DNA of 63,274 bases, the filler included. It is 5 parts of 5 records of this genome, joined end to end, with 100 filler letters (N's around TTAATTAATTAA, not from the genome) between each part and the next. Parts side by side here need not be neighbours in the genome. Positions count along the whole stretch, not along the records: positions 7,623 to 16,837 come from SRR31156797_4061; positions 16,938 to 27,570 come from SRR31156797_4063; 3 more parts are not named here. One strand, written 5' to 3'. Made by a program: the position numbers and the translations under genes. A model generated the notes under the pieces. That model made no database searches, had not been told where the DNA came from, and saw nothing but the letters and a program-made list of their open reading frames with translations. Shown here in pieces: positions 10,452 to 21,425 of the stretch (the stretch's first letter is position 1; every line of letters begins with the position of its first letter).

Positions 10452-10880
10452 ATGTGTATTAATATTTCCGGACAATTAACGGTTTATTTCGATTGTCCTT
10501 TTTGGGTTGGAGTTTTTGAAATCTATGAGAAAAATACTATTAGGACATGTAAAATCGTATTTGGCAGTGAACCAAAGGATAACGAAATATATGAACTGAT
10601 TCTAAGAGAATATTATGATCTGAAGTTCAGCGTACCCATACCATTAGATGATAATTATCAGCGTCCAAAAGCTGTAAACCCTAAACGTCTGCAAAGACAG
10701 ATTCAAAAATCTATAGAAAACAAAGGAATAGGAACGAAAGCTCAGCAGACAATACAAAGGCAAAGAGAACTAAATAAAGTGGAAAGAAAATCTATATCAA
10801 AGCTAAAAAAAGAGGAAGAAACCAATCGCAGATACAGACTAAAGCAATTAAAGAAAAAGTCCAAAAAAAGAGGGCATTAA
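10452..10880 (+). CDS. yjdF: YjdF family protein (DUF2992)
   Basis: LTVYFDCPFWVGVFE, FGSEPKD, NPKRLQR, GTKAQQ and a basic tail ending KKRGH; RBS AGGAGG. Confidence 0.9.
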   Translation: MCINISGQLTVYFDCPFWVGVFEIYEKNTIRTCKIVFGSEPKDNEIYELILREYYDLKFSVPIPLDDNYQRPKAVNPKRLQRQIQKSIENKGIGTKAQQTIQRQRELNKVERKSISKLKKEEETNRRYRLKQLKKKSKKRGH

Positions 10881-10973
10881 TAATATAATGCCATAAATAG
10901 TCGAAATAAGTGCATATGTTTATGTTTGCATAATCAAATTTGTTATAATACAATTATAAAATGAGGTTCTATT

Positions 10974-11606
10974 ATGATTGAGAGATTATCATCATCCCTA
11001 GGTACTAGAGAGCAGAAACACAATATTGATTTAGCAAAAGAATTATCATTAAATAATGATATTGATGGAATTGATGAAATTGCCGATAATCTATTTAACA
11101 AAGATAAATCTATTGCCGGTGACTGTATAAAAGTAATGTATGAAATAGGTAATATTAATCCAAAACTGATTACAAAACATATAGATATATTTTTGAAACT
11201 TATTACGTCAAGAAATAACCGAATGGTATGGGGCAGTATGTATGCTGTTTCTCAGTGTGCTCCATTTGGAATAGACAAGAAAAACACTTGCTTTTCTTCC
11301 ATTGTTAAAGCGTATGAAAATGGCAGCGTTATTACAATAGACTGCTGTATGACTGTATTTGCTGAAATCATCAAAGCAGATGTTTCGAATTCGAAAAAAG
11401 CATATAATATTATTATTGAACATCTTAAAACCTGCAGAGCAAAGGAAGTACCTCAGCACAGTGAAAGAACTTTCCTATGTATTAATGATAGTAATGCCAA
11501 AGTCTATAAAGGTGTTCTTTCATATCGCATGAAACATCTGACCCCTAGCCAGCAAAAAAGAGTACATACGATACTCAATAAAATAGAAAATAAGCAGTTT
11601 GTATAA
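10974..11606 (+). CDS. Conserved hypothetical alpha-helical (HEAT-like) protein
   Basis: DCIKVMYEIG..SRNNRMVWGSM..GSVITID..KEVPQHSE; RBS GAGG and upstream TGTTATAAT. Confidence 0.7.
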   Translation: MIERLSSSLGTREQKHNIDLAKELSLNNDIDGIDEIADNLFNKDKSIAGDCIKVMYEIGNINPKLITKHIDIFLKLITSRNNRMVWGSMYAVSQCAPFGIDKKNTCFSSIVKAYENGSVITIDCCMTVFAEIIKADVSNSKKAYNIIIEHLKTCRAKEVPQHSERTFLCINDSNAKVYKGVLSYRMKHLTPSQQKRVHTILNKIENKQFV

Positions 11607-11647
11607 CATAATTAACAATTATTCACAATCCCTCAGTTACGTATGTT

Positions 11648-14600
11648 TTACGATTCATTAACATAATCAATTAATATACTAACATCTTCAGAGGCATCAT
11701 CAAAATCAAGATTTGTAATTTTTTTCTCTATCAACGATAATTTTTCTCTTATTAATTGAGGAACTTTATATTTTAAAATATCTTCATAAGCATCCAATGC
11801 ATTCATTGAACTTGTGCAAAGATATTCATAAAGGTTTTTTAGCTTTTTAACCAGTAATTCATTAGTTATATCCTCTGTGCTAATGCTTTTACCTTTTAGT
11901 TTTCTGTTTTTCGTAATAATAGTTTTTATCTGACTTACTATATCTTTTAGTATATAATCTGCACACTTAATAATATTCTCAATACTGTCCAATTCATTAT
12001 TCTTTAAGCATCTTTCAATTCGTACTGCATATTTATATATTTTTACAGCACCGATATTACCTGAAACACCTTTTAGCGTATGTATATCCTTTTTTGCTTT
12101 ATCAATATTGTCATTCTGAATATCTGTAAGCAGTTCGTCAAAGAATTCGTCATATTTCTCAGAGAATTTTTCCAGCAGATTTAAGTATAAATCTATATTA
12201 TATGCCGCTCTATTCATCCCATCAATAACATCAATATCTTTCAGCGTATCCGACAAATAGTCAATATTAATACTCATTTCATATGAAGTCACCCTTATAT
12301 TTTTATCTCTTTTCCCTGGTTTAATCCACCTGACCAGCATAATAAGCAACTCTTTTTTATTAATTGGTTTTGACAAATAATCATTCATTCCTGCATTTAG
12401 AACGTTCTGCCTAACATCACTTAAAACATCAGCACTCAGTGCTATAACAGGTAATTCATATGGTATTATTCTTCGTATATTTTCTGCTGCCAAATATCCA
12501 TCCATTACCGGCATCTGCAAATCCATTAGTACAATATCATATTTTGAATTCTGAGCCATAGCTACTGCCTCAGTTCCATTTACTGCAATATCAACGTAAA
12601 ATCCTTCGCTCTCCAGTATTTCCTTTGCTACCTGCTGGTTAATATCATCATCTTCAGCCAGCAGAATTTTGGCACCTATTACCTGTTCAAAGCCTAATGG
12701 GTATACGGAATAGGAGTCTGCAATTTCCTCATTATCATTAGTATTCATGCATACGCTCCTGATTGCGCTTACTAGAGTTTTTCTAGCAAATGGTTTCGTG
12801 ACTAATTGACTAAAATCTCTATTTATCACTTCATTATTCATGCTGGTTAACCCGCAATTGCACAGTATGATTATCTTGGTATTATCATCTAGTTCCCTGC
12901 AGTTTCTAAGCTTTTCCCACATATTTGTTCCATTTTGAGTAGGTACTATGTAATCTATTATCAGCAAATCAAAAGCCTGCTCCTTAACTCTTCCGTAAGC
13001 TTCTTCGCATGACGAAGCGATAATAGGCTTGTTATTAAATCCGCCTAAGTATTTTTCAATAATAAACCTAGATGTATCATTCTTATCAATTACTAAAATC
13101 TTAATGTCTTTTATATCATCAGGTATAATATTTTCTGGTTGAATAATATTAGATTCGATTTCCAAATTCAAAATAAAGCTGAAGGTTGAACCTCTTCCCA
13201 ACCTGCTCTCAACTTCAATATCACTGCCCATAAGATTTATAATGTTTCTGCTAATAGCTAAGCCAAGCCCGGTACCGCCGTATTTTCTAGTTGTAGATGC
13301 ATCAGCCTGCTGAAATGCTACAAAAAGATTTTCCATCTGCTCTTTTGTCATTCCTATTCCACTGTCAAAAATAGAGAATTTAATCTTTGCAGTATCTGTC
13401 ACTTCTACCAAATCAACTGTTATTAATACTTCCCCTTTATCAGTAAACTTAATAGCATTTTCTGTCAGGTTCAGTAATACCTGACCTAGTCTATAAGGGT
13501 CACCAATAAAGGTATGATTAATTGCTGGGTTCATATAAATCAGCAATTCCAACCCTTGTGCATATGCATGGTGGGATGTAACGCTGGCTAAACTTACCAA
13601 AACTTCATCAATTGTAAAGTTAATTTTCTCAATAGGCAGTTTCCCTGACTCAAGTTTAGAAAAGTCAAGTATATCATTTATTGTTGCTAAAAGATTCTTT
13701 GAAGATACCCTGATGTTATTTAAATAATCCTTTTGCTTTGCATTAAGTTTGGTATGCATCAGCAATTCACTGAATCCTATTACTGCATTCATAGGTGTTC
13801 GTATTTCATGACTCATATTTGCCAAGAAAACACTCTTAATTTTTGATGCTTTCAGGGCTTTTTCTTTCGTAATCTCTAACTGATTTTGAACCTCTTTTAT
13901 CTCATCAATAAGAATATGAACACCAGTCATCTGTACTGCTATGCCTTCACTGTCAAAATCTATGCTGCTTCCAGTACCCAAAATCCATCTGTAATTGCCG
14001 TCTTTTCCTCTTATTCTATACTCAGCATGATACTCATCTATATTCCCTAACAAATAGTCTGCGAGTGTTGTAATCACATGCTCTAAGTCATCCTCATGCA
14101 TTAAATCTATCCATTTGTCTTTACCACCTGCAAGTTCAGCCCATTCGTCAGCGCTGTCTCTTAATTCATAAGACTTATATCCTAACTGTTCACACCAAAC
14201 CGAATTCACTTCAATAATTCCCTTCAAAGGATAGTAATTCCACAAGCCTAGATTTGCACTTGACGACATTTGGGACAGTCGTATTCTGTTCTTTTCTTTT
14301 TCATTTTTTTGCTTCTCAATTTCTCTTGAGAGCTTCATATTCCATTTTAGAAAAAAGTACAGTAAAATTAGGAGAACTATACTGGAGACTAAAACAATCA
14401 CAACAATTCTCCACCATCTTTTATCATGCTGGTCTTCAACATCCAACCACTTGCTTGTTATTTGAGAATGCTCTTGTGCTGTATATGCATCTAAAGTCTT
14501 ATTAATTATACTTACAAGCTCAGGCCAGTCATCTCGAACTGCCATAGATTTTTCACTAATCTCAAATGATGTGGGAGCAGCAACTTTAATATTTGTATAT

Positions 14601-15289
14601 CCCTGCTTTAATATAACGTATGAAGTAACAGTAAGATTGCCAACAAAAGCATCTGCATTACCGCTGCTTAGTATTTCAAGACAGCTCTGTACAGAATCCC
14701 ATACAGAAGTGTTAGAATCATCAACTAGTATCAAATCGATATCTGGGTATTCTTCTTCCAGCAGTTCTCTTGCAGCACAGCCAGCTGATACTACAATAGT
14801 TTTGCCTGATAAATCATACAATGTAGATATATACTGCGAATTTTCAAGGGTAAATACCACATATGGTGCTTGAGCATATACTTGTGTATAGAGCATTCCC
14901 GTATCTGCCTCATGAGTATACTCTGCTACCGGAATCATATCAATATCTTCTTTATTTGTTAATGCTATAATAGATTCGTTGCAGGAATATTCGCTTGGTA
15001 TAACAAAATCATAATCAATACTATATTCATTTAGTATAGCCACAATATAATCAAGAGCAATACCTCCGTATATATACTGATCGCCATATTCATCTACAAT
15101 ACAATATGGTCTGTAGTTACATGTATGAATCCTTACAGTATGGTCTTCATTAAGCCAATCAATCTCCTGTTGAGTAAATTCAACATCATGATTTGAATAG
15201 CTGAAATCGGCATATACTAAACACATAAATAAACTATATATTATTATAACTATAAATGCTAAGCATTGTTTGTGCATTCTGCTTATCAA
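11648..15289 (-). CDS. Hybrid sensor histidine kinase (periplasmic-binding domain, PAS, HisKA, HATPase, two REC, HPt)
   Basis: FLANMSHEIRTPMN, NLTENAIKFT, GGTGLGLAI, LAEDDDINQ..DLQMPVMDG, HTLKGVSGNIGA. Confidence 0.95.
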   Translation of the reverse strand: MISRMHKQCLAFIVIIIYSLFMCLVYADFSYSNHDVEFTQQEIDWLNEDHTVRIHTCNYRPYCIVDEYGDQYIYGGIALDYIVAILNEYSIDYDFVIPSEYSCNESIIALTNKEDIDMIPVAEYTHEADTGMLYTQVYAQAPYVVFTLENSQYISTLYDLSGKTIVVSAGCAARELLEEEYPDIDLILVDDSNTSVWDSVQSCLEILSSGNADAFVGNLTVTSYVILKQGYTNIKVAAPTSFEISEKSMAVRDDWPELVSIINKTLDAYTAQEHSQITSKWLDVEDQHDKRWWRIVVIVLVSSIVLLILLYFFLKWNMKLSREIEKQKNEKEKNRIRLSQMSSSANLGLWNYYPLKGIIEVNSVWCEQLGYKSYELRDSADEWAELAGGKDKWIDLMHEDDLEHVITTLADYLLGNIDEYHAEYRIRGKDGNYRWILGTGSSIDFDSEGIAVQMTGVHILIDEIKEVQNQLEITKEKALKASKIKSVFLANMSHEIRTPMNAVIGFSELLMHTKLNAKQKDYLNNIRVSSKNLLATINDILDFSKLESGKLPIEKINFTIDEVLVSLASVTSHHAYAQGLELLIYMNPAINHTFIGDPYRLGQVLLNLTENAIKFTDKGEVLITVDLVEVTDTAKIKFSIFDSGIGMTKEQMENLFVAFQQADASTTRKYGGTGLGLAISRNIINLMGSDIEVESRLGRGSTFSFILNLEIESNIIQPENIIPDDIKDIKILVIDKNDTSRFIIEKYLGGFNNKPIIASSCEEAYGRVKEQAFDLLIIDYIVPTQNGTNMWEKLRNCRELDDNTKIIILCNCGLTSMNNEVINRDFSQLVTKPFARKTLVSAIRSVCMNTNDNEEIADSYSVYPLGFEQVIGAKILLAEDDDINQQVAKEILESEGFYVDIAVNGTEAVAMAQNSKYDIVLMDLQMPVMDGYLAAENIRRIIPYELPVIALSADVLSDVRQNVLNAGMNDYLSKPINKKELLIMLVRWIKPGKRDKNIRVTSYEMSINIDYLSDTLKDIDVIDGMNRAAYNIDLYLNLLEKFSEKYDEFFDELLTDIQNDNIDKAKKDIHTLKGVSGNIGAVKIYKYAVRIERCLKNNELDSIENIIKCADYILKDIVSQIKTIITKNRKLKGKSISTEDITNELLVKKLKNLYEYLCTSSMNALDAYEDILKYKVPQLIREKLSLIEKKITNLDFDDASEDVSILIDYVNES

Positions 15290-15700
15290 GATATTTTTTT
15301 CAATCCCCTTTGCAAAAGAAGTAATGATATTTAAGCCCTTAGTTTATGAAGTAACCATAAAACATAGATATAAAACAAAAACTTGTATTCTCCTAAATAA
15401 TTTCTTTTATTTGTATAATATTTACAGTACATTAGATGATATTTTCCCATCAATAATATTATTTGTCATATAATGGTATGGTCGTTATTAAAATATCTAT
15501 TTGTCACAATGTATAATTAAACTCTTTCATGGAATTAATTCCGTTCCAATCTAAACAACATATAGTTATTTATGAATTATCTTAATCGGTTACTTATATA
15601 TATTAACATATATATAACGCATTACCTTATCGCTATTATTGAAATGAAAAATTTGCTATGTTATAATTGATTTATCAAATAACACGTAGAAAAGATAAAT

Positions 15701-16837
15701 ATGTCAAATTATTCTAATTTATTATATTTATATAAAAAGGGATGTGAATATAACGCATACCTACATTTGGGAGCACATATTGTAGAAAAAAACAATTTAT
15801 GCGGAGTTGACTTTGCGTTATTTGCACCAAATGCTAAAAATATCTATCTAGTAGGCGACTTCAACAATTGGCAGGAAGATTTAATGGAGAAGATTGAAGA
15901 CGGCATTTGGTACAAGCATATTTCCTGCGCCAAAGAAGGTCAAATGTATAAATATCTCGTCGAAGATTACCAAGGAAATAAAATATATAAAGCAGACCCC
16001 TTTGGTTTCGCATCTGAACTGCGTCCAAAGAGTGCTAGTATAATAGTCAATCCTTTCTCCTATAATTGGAATGACCAAAACTGGATAGAGAAAAAAACTG
16101 AAAAGAATCACAACGAAAACCCAATTAACATTTATGAGGTACAGCTCTGTTCATGGGACACAGTAATAGAGGACAGAATGCCTATTGATTTAAAGTCAAC
16201 GGGTAAGAAGCTTGTTGACTATGCAAAAAACATGAATTATACACACATTGAATTAATGCCAGTAACTGAATATCCTCTTGATGAATCATGGGGATATCAG
16301 ACTACTGGCTATTTTTCTCTCTCGGGTAGATACGGTAAACCTGAAAATCTGCAATATTTCATCAACCTTTGTCATGAAAATGGCTTAGGTGTAATATTAG
16401 ACTGGGTTCCAGGGCACTTTTGTCCCGACGAGCATGGACTTAATAATTTTGATGGTACTCAGCTTTATGGTCAGGAATTACATCCTCAATGGGGAACATA
16501 TAAATTTGACTTCAGTAAAAAATTCGTATGGTCGTTTCTTATATCAAGTGCTGTTTATTGGGCAAAGGTATACCATATTGACGGCATTAGAGTAGACAGC
16601 GTAACCAGTATGCTTTACTTGAATTTCGGCATAGATGATGGCATTAAGCGCAATAGCTTCGGCGGCGATGATGACTTATATGCAAAAGATTTCATGGTGT
16701 GTTTTAATAAAGTAATGCATCAGGAGTTTTCAGGATTTATGACATTTGCAGAGGACAGCAGCTCCTATGTGGGTATCACAGCTCCTATAGAACAAAACGG
16801 CTTCGGCTTTGATTATAAATGGAATATGGGCTGGATG
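15701..16837 (+). CDS. glgB: 1,4-alpha-glucan branching enzyme, 3'-truncated
   Basis: LGAH..FALFAPNA, KADPFG, NIYEV, THIELMP..SWGYQ, DWVPGHF, IDGIRVDSV, KWNMGWM. Confidence 0.95.
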
Positions 16838-16937
16838 NNNNNNNNNNNNNNNNNNNNNNNNNNNNNNNNNNNNNNNNNNNNTTAATTAATTAANNNNNNN
16901 NNNNNNNNNNNNNNNNNNNNNNNNNNNNNNNNNNNNN
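16838..16937. other. Artificial contig-joining spacer
   Basis: Same 44N-TTAATTAATTAA-44N linker. Confidence 0.97.
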
Positions 16938-17150
16938 TAAAGTCAAAACGAATCAATTTGACTTAGTCCAAAAAATATTTAAATAAAATTTATTTAGTTT
17001 TATGATGTTTTTCTTAGAATCCCAATCAATTATAACACTTGAAACAAAAGAATTCCATTAAAAAAGCTACTAGAATAATAAAAAAAGAACACAATGAAGT
17101 GTTCTAAATAATAAATGATGAAATATTTTATTAACATGGATTTTTAAATT

Positions 17151-18635
17151 TTATATTAGGAAATAGAAACGAACACCACCTTCTTCATTTTCAACACCAT
17201 ATTCACCTTTGTGACTATCAATTATTGATTTAACAATTGCTAATCCTAGTCCTGAGTTACCTGATTTTCTTGAATGAGCTTTATCAGTTTTATAGAAACT
17301 TAACCAGATATTTTCAATTTCATTTTCAGGGATGTTATTTCCACTATTAAAGATAGAAACTTTTATTTGAGAATTAATCTCTTCCATTTTAATCTGGATA
17401 TATTTTTTGGTATCAAGATGTCTCAGAGCATTTTCTAAGAAATTTACAATAACTTGGAAAATTCTTACTTTGTCTCCCTCAACTTTAACTTTATCAACGA
17501 CAATTTTTTCAACGATTACTTCTTTTTCGTTAAATTTACGATTATATTTTGAGTATATCTCTTCGATTAATTCATCCATGTAAAACTCACTTTTATTTAT
17601 TAGGAAACTTCCAGATTCCATATATGAAATATGAAGCATATCTTTTACCAATAGATCCATTCGTTCTGTTTCTTGTAGGATATTATTATAGTATTCTTTT
17701 TTCTTTTCAGGATCTTTCAGGATATTGTATTTCAAAACTTCCGAACAGCCTCTTATTAAACCAACGGGAGTTTTGAGTTCATGAGATACACTGGAAATGA
17801 AATTTTTTCTGATTTGGTCAATCTCTTCCTTTCTTTCCAGTTCATGTTTTAATTTGTCTAAAGTTGATTTTAATTCATTTGACATAAAGTTCATATTACG
17901 TCCCAAAACACCTATTTCATCCTCTCTGTTATCTGGGAATTTTTCATCAAAATCAAGATTTGATATCTTCATTGCAATGTTCATCAAGTTAATAATAGGT
18001 TCAGTGAGCTTTTCCGAAAACTTATACAGAAGTCCTCCTGTTATAATTGCAATTATTAGACTAATCATGATTAGAAAATTATTAATAAAAAGAGTTGCTT
18101 CGTTGATTAAAGGTTCATTTATTGTAACCCCGATATACTCTCCACTGGAAAGTTGATATAACCAAAAAGACATCATATCTCCGTTTAGAGTTTTGTTTTG
18201 AAATCTAAAACCTTTAGTTTTAATTTTTTCTATATTTGCTTTTATAATATCTTCGTGTTGTAGATGTTTTTTTATAATATCTTCTCCAACTATTCCTTTT
18301 CTTCTGGCAACCTCAACTACCATTTCATTTTTCTTTTTTAGTTCCTCTTCATCAGACATGAAAAATTTGGTGTCAAAGATATGTTCATAATCTTTTGAAA
18401 TTAAGAATACACTTCTTCCTGTTATTAATTTATGTTCATTTAAGCCATTTCTATCAAGAGAATCCAAACCTTTATATGTTTTATCAAATTCTCTTACAAA
18501 AGAATGAATTTCTTTTCTTTCATGATAAATAAAGTACTTTTTAACTAAAAGCGAGTTTAATATCACGAATAAGCAAATAAAAGATAAAAGGTAAAAAATA
18601 AATTGTAAAAATAGTTTAATTTTAATTGATTTCAT
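17151..18635 (-). CDS. HAMP-domain sensor histidine kinase (intact motifs)
   Basis: Two TM segments, HAMP (EDEIGVLG), H-box VSHELKTP, N-box NFLENA, G2 GNSGLGLAI. Confidence 0.93.
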   Translation of the reverse strand: MKSIKIKLFLQFIFYLLSFICLFVILNSLLVKKYFIYHERKEIHSFVREFDKTYKGLDSLDRNGLNEHKLITGRSVFLISKDYEHIFDTKFFMSDEEELKKKNEMVVEVARRKGIVGEDIIKKHLQHEDIIKANIEKIKTKGFRFQNKTLNGDMMSFWLYQLSSGEYIGVTINEPLINEATLFINNFLIMISLIIAIITGGLLYKFSEKLTEPIINLMNIAMKISNLDFDEKFPDNREDEIGVLGRNMNFMSNELKSTLDKLKHELERKEEIDQIRKNFISSVSHELKTPVGLIRGCSEVLKYNILKDPEKKKEYYNNILQETERMDLLVKDMLHISYMESGSFLINKSEFYMDELIEEIYSKYNRKFNEKEVIVEKIVVDKVKVEGDKVRIFQVIVNFLENALRHLDTKKYIQIKMEEINSQIKVSIFNSGNNIPENEIENIWLSFYKTDKAHSRKSGNSGLGLAIVKSIIDSHKGEYGVENEEGGVRFYFLI

Positions 18636-18666
18636 TAGTCCTCCAGTTTATAAAGCTATAAGTAAA

Positions 18667-20127
18667 TCAGATAGTGAAATAAAAACAGGTACCATTTTTT
18701 TCGTTACTGAGACCATATTGTCCGTTATGTTTCTCTATAATAGACTTAATAATTGCTAATTCAAGCTTAGGGTCAGAATTTACATCCATACTGGAATTAT
18801 AGAAACTTAGCCAAATATTATCAATTTCATCATTGGGAATCTGCTTTCCTGAGTTAAATATTGAAACTTTTGTTTTCGAATTAATATTTTCAATATTTAT
18901 ATTGAGGATTTTGTTTTCATCTATATTTTTTATAGCATTTTCTATCAAGTTGATAATTGCTTGTGATAATTGCATTTTATCAGCAAAAATCTCTTTTGAG
19001 ATGAGCATTTTATTTAGCTGAATATCTTTTTCTTTGAATAGTTCGTGATACTCTTCTAGAATATTTTCGATTAACCTATCAATATAAAAATTAGTTTTAT
19101 TTAGGGTTAATGCTCCTGATTCCAGATAGGATATATTTAACATATCTTTAATTAATGTATCCATTTTTGAGGTTTCATTGATGATATGATCAAGTTCAGC
19201 GAAATTATCAGAATCATTTCCTAGTATAACTTGTTCTAGATTATTGGTAGAATCTTTGATATATTCTATTGGTTTTTTTAATTCCTGAGAAATATTAGAG
19301 ATGAAGTTTCTTCTCATAGAATCAAGTTCATTTTTTCTTTCAATATCACTTTTCAATTCACCAATGGAATATTCAAGTGTAGTTGAAATTAAGTTAATAG
19401 CATGACCTAGCTTACTAATTTCATCTTGGTTTTTTATAGTGAACTTTTCGCTAAAATCCTGATTGGCTATTTTTTCTGAGATGTTACTTAATTTAATAAT
19501 TGGTTTGGTTATTCTTTTGGTGAAAAAGAGTAAGAAGATCATAGCAAACACAGCGAGTATGAAGCTTAGTGCAACAGTAAATTGGTTCATAGCTATTATA
19601 GTAGTTATTTTTCCTTGAATTGGTTTAAATATACATATAAAATCACCATTGTCTAACTTCTTAATAAAAAATATTTCTTTAAATTTTTTATTATACTTAT
19701 CGATGATAAATATTTCTTTTTTATTTTTTAGAGAGTTACTCTCTTTAATATATTTTATTATATTATTTTCTTTTTCATTACTTTTAGCTGGTATTGCTTT
19801 TTTTCTTTTTTCTGATGTTTGTAACTTTGAATTAGTCGTGGTATTCATAGGTTTATGAGAATTAAAGATAGGTCTATGATTTTGCTTATCAACAATCATA
19901 ACAGCTTTCTCATGAAGGAATATCAAACGTCTTAATTCATCGATGTTTGTTGTATCCATACCGGTATAAATTTGATTTAATGCTTTAAATGCTTGTAAAT
20001 AAGATTTTTTTTCTTGAAAAAAGAAATATTTTTGAAGAAAAAATGAATTCAAAAGTATAAATGATGTAATAAAAACGACAAGGTAACTTACAAAATAGAT
20101 ATATAATTTCATTTGAATTGACTTCAT
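18667..20127 (-). CDS. Sensor-kinase paralog with degenerate catalytic motifs (pseudokinase)
   Basis: Same architecture as its neighbour, but the H-box is ISQELKKP (His to Gln) and the G2 box is SDPKLELAI. Start placed at ATG 20127 after RBS GGAGG. Confidence 0.85.
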   Translation of the reverse strand: MKSIQMKLYIYFVSYLVVFITSFILLNSFFLQKYFFFQEKKSYLQAFKALNQIYTGMDTTNIDELRRLIFLHEKAVMIVDKQNHRPIFNSHKPMNTTTNSKLQTSEKRKKAIPAKSNEKENNIIKYIKESNSLKNKKEIFIIDKYNKKFKEIFFIKKLDNGDFICIFKPIQGKITTIIAMNQFTVALSFILAVFAMIFLLFFTKRITKPIIKLSNISEKIANQDFSEKFTIKNQDEISKLGHAINLISTTLEYSIGELKSDIERKNELDSMRRNFISNISQELKKPIEYIKDSTNNLEQVILGNDSDNFAELDHIINETSKMDTLIKDMLNISYLESGALTLNKTNFYIDRLIENILEEYHELFKEKDIQLNKMLISKEIFADKMQLSQAIINLIENAIKNIDENKILNINIENINSKTKVSIFNSGKQIPNDEIDNIWLSFYNSSMDVNSDPKLELAIIKSIIEKHNGQYGLSNEKNGTCFYFTI

Positions 20128-20348
20128 GTTATTCCTCCACATTTGTTTTCGATTTATGTTAATTAAATATTGTTATACATAATGTTATGAGCAATGGTCA
20201 TATTAGCAACATAAAAGAGTATATGATGATTATAAACTAAAAATGTTATAGAAATGTGATGTTTTTTATTAAAACTATTTTTTGAAGGCATTATTTATGT
20301 AAAAATAAAAAGGTTATGAGCTTCAATAGCGTCACAACCTTGATTAAT

Positions 20349-21182
20349 TTATAACTGATTTTTTTTCATTCTAATAATTTCTTCAACTGATAAACCTGTT
20401 TTATCAGCAATAGTTCTGATATCAAGGATATCAAGCAGGTTTCGAGCGATTTCAATAGCTTTTTTCTTTTCACCTTCGTGAACACTTCGCGCTTGAAGTC
20501 TTTTCATGATTTTGTCTTCATCAACAGTTGCCTGAGATTTAGCAGGATATGCAGCTTCTTCGGCTTTTGTTAATTTCATTTTTGATAGTTGTACACATGC
20601 TTCTGATACAGCCGGATCAAGCTCCATATCATCAGGCAGATCACCAATTCTTTGCCCGTTAACTAAGATGTTAATCCATCTATCAAGCATAGTAGTGATT
20701 TTATCATTAAATTTTTCTAACTCAATAAAGTGAATTTCAAGGTGATTTCCTAATTCTCTGTTAGTCTCTATATTTTTCACTTTATAGATATTATGCATCC
20801 TTTTTTCGTCTAAGAAATTGGAGTTTAGGATATTTATACAGATAGATTTTTCAAGGGAATCAAGATTCTCATCTTCTTCAAATCCGTTTGCGTATACTCT
20901 AGACCACTGGAATAACGCGCTTCTGTCACACATATCCTGACCAAGCATTTGAATAGCAAAATTATATTTCTTAGCATTTTTTCCTGTTGCTTTGAGTGTC
21001 AAAACGTAAGTGTTTTCAGCTTTAAATCCAGTTGATTTATACTCGAACGTGTATTCTAAGTCATCTATCTTATCCTCTTCGAATACAGTTGAATTAATGA
21101 AGTCAAGTAATAAACTTTTGTTATTCTTATTTGCAAATAATTTCATAAAAATAAAGTCAACTCTGGGGTTATATTTTACCAT
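20349..21182 (-). CDS. Rpn/YhgA-like PD-(D/E)XK family protein with eroded active site
   Basis: NPRVDFIFMKLF, ICINILN, LEIHFIELEKF, LDRW, AIEIARNLL..IADKTGLSVEEI; start ATG 21182 after GAGGAG. Confidence 0.85.
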   Translation of the reverse strand: MVKYNPRVDFIFMKLFANKNNKSLLLDFINSTVFEEDKIDDLEYTFEYKSTGFKAENTYVLTLKATGKNAKKYNFAIQMLGQDMCDRSALFQWSRVYANGFEEDENLDSLEKSICINILNSNFLDEKRMHNIYKVKNIETNRELGNHLEIHFIELEKFNDKITTMLDRWINILVNGQRIGDLPDDMELDPAVSEACVQLSKMKLTKAEEAAYPAKSQATVDEDKIMKRLQARSVHEGEKKKAIEIARNLLDILDIRTIADKTGLSVEEIIRMKKNQL

Positions 21183-21367
21183 TAAACTCTCCTCTCGAAA
21201 CTGTGAATAATTCAATCATAAGTAATTATACCATTTTTTGAGAAAATATAGAAGAGACAGAATGATAAAAAAGAGATTAGTATAAAAAGTATAAATAATA
21301 TTTAGAATAACTAACTAGAGCAATCATTTTATAATATGAGGTAGTTTAATGAAAGTTTAAATTAACC

Positions 21368-21412
21368 TTGACAAGTAAGAACCTAACGAGTTATAATTGT
21401 GTTAGGTTCTTA
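21368..21412 (+). promoter_or_regulatory. Consensus sigma70 promoter overlapped by a 12-bp inverted-repeat operator
   Basis: TTGACA (21368-73), 18 nt, TATAAT (21392-97); TAAGAACCTAAC (21376-87) and GTTAGGTTCTTA (21401-12) form a perfect inverted repeat. Confidence 0.85.
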
Positions 21413-21425
21413 TGAGGAGGATGAA

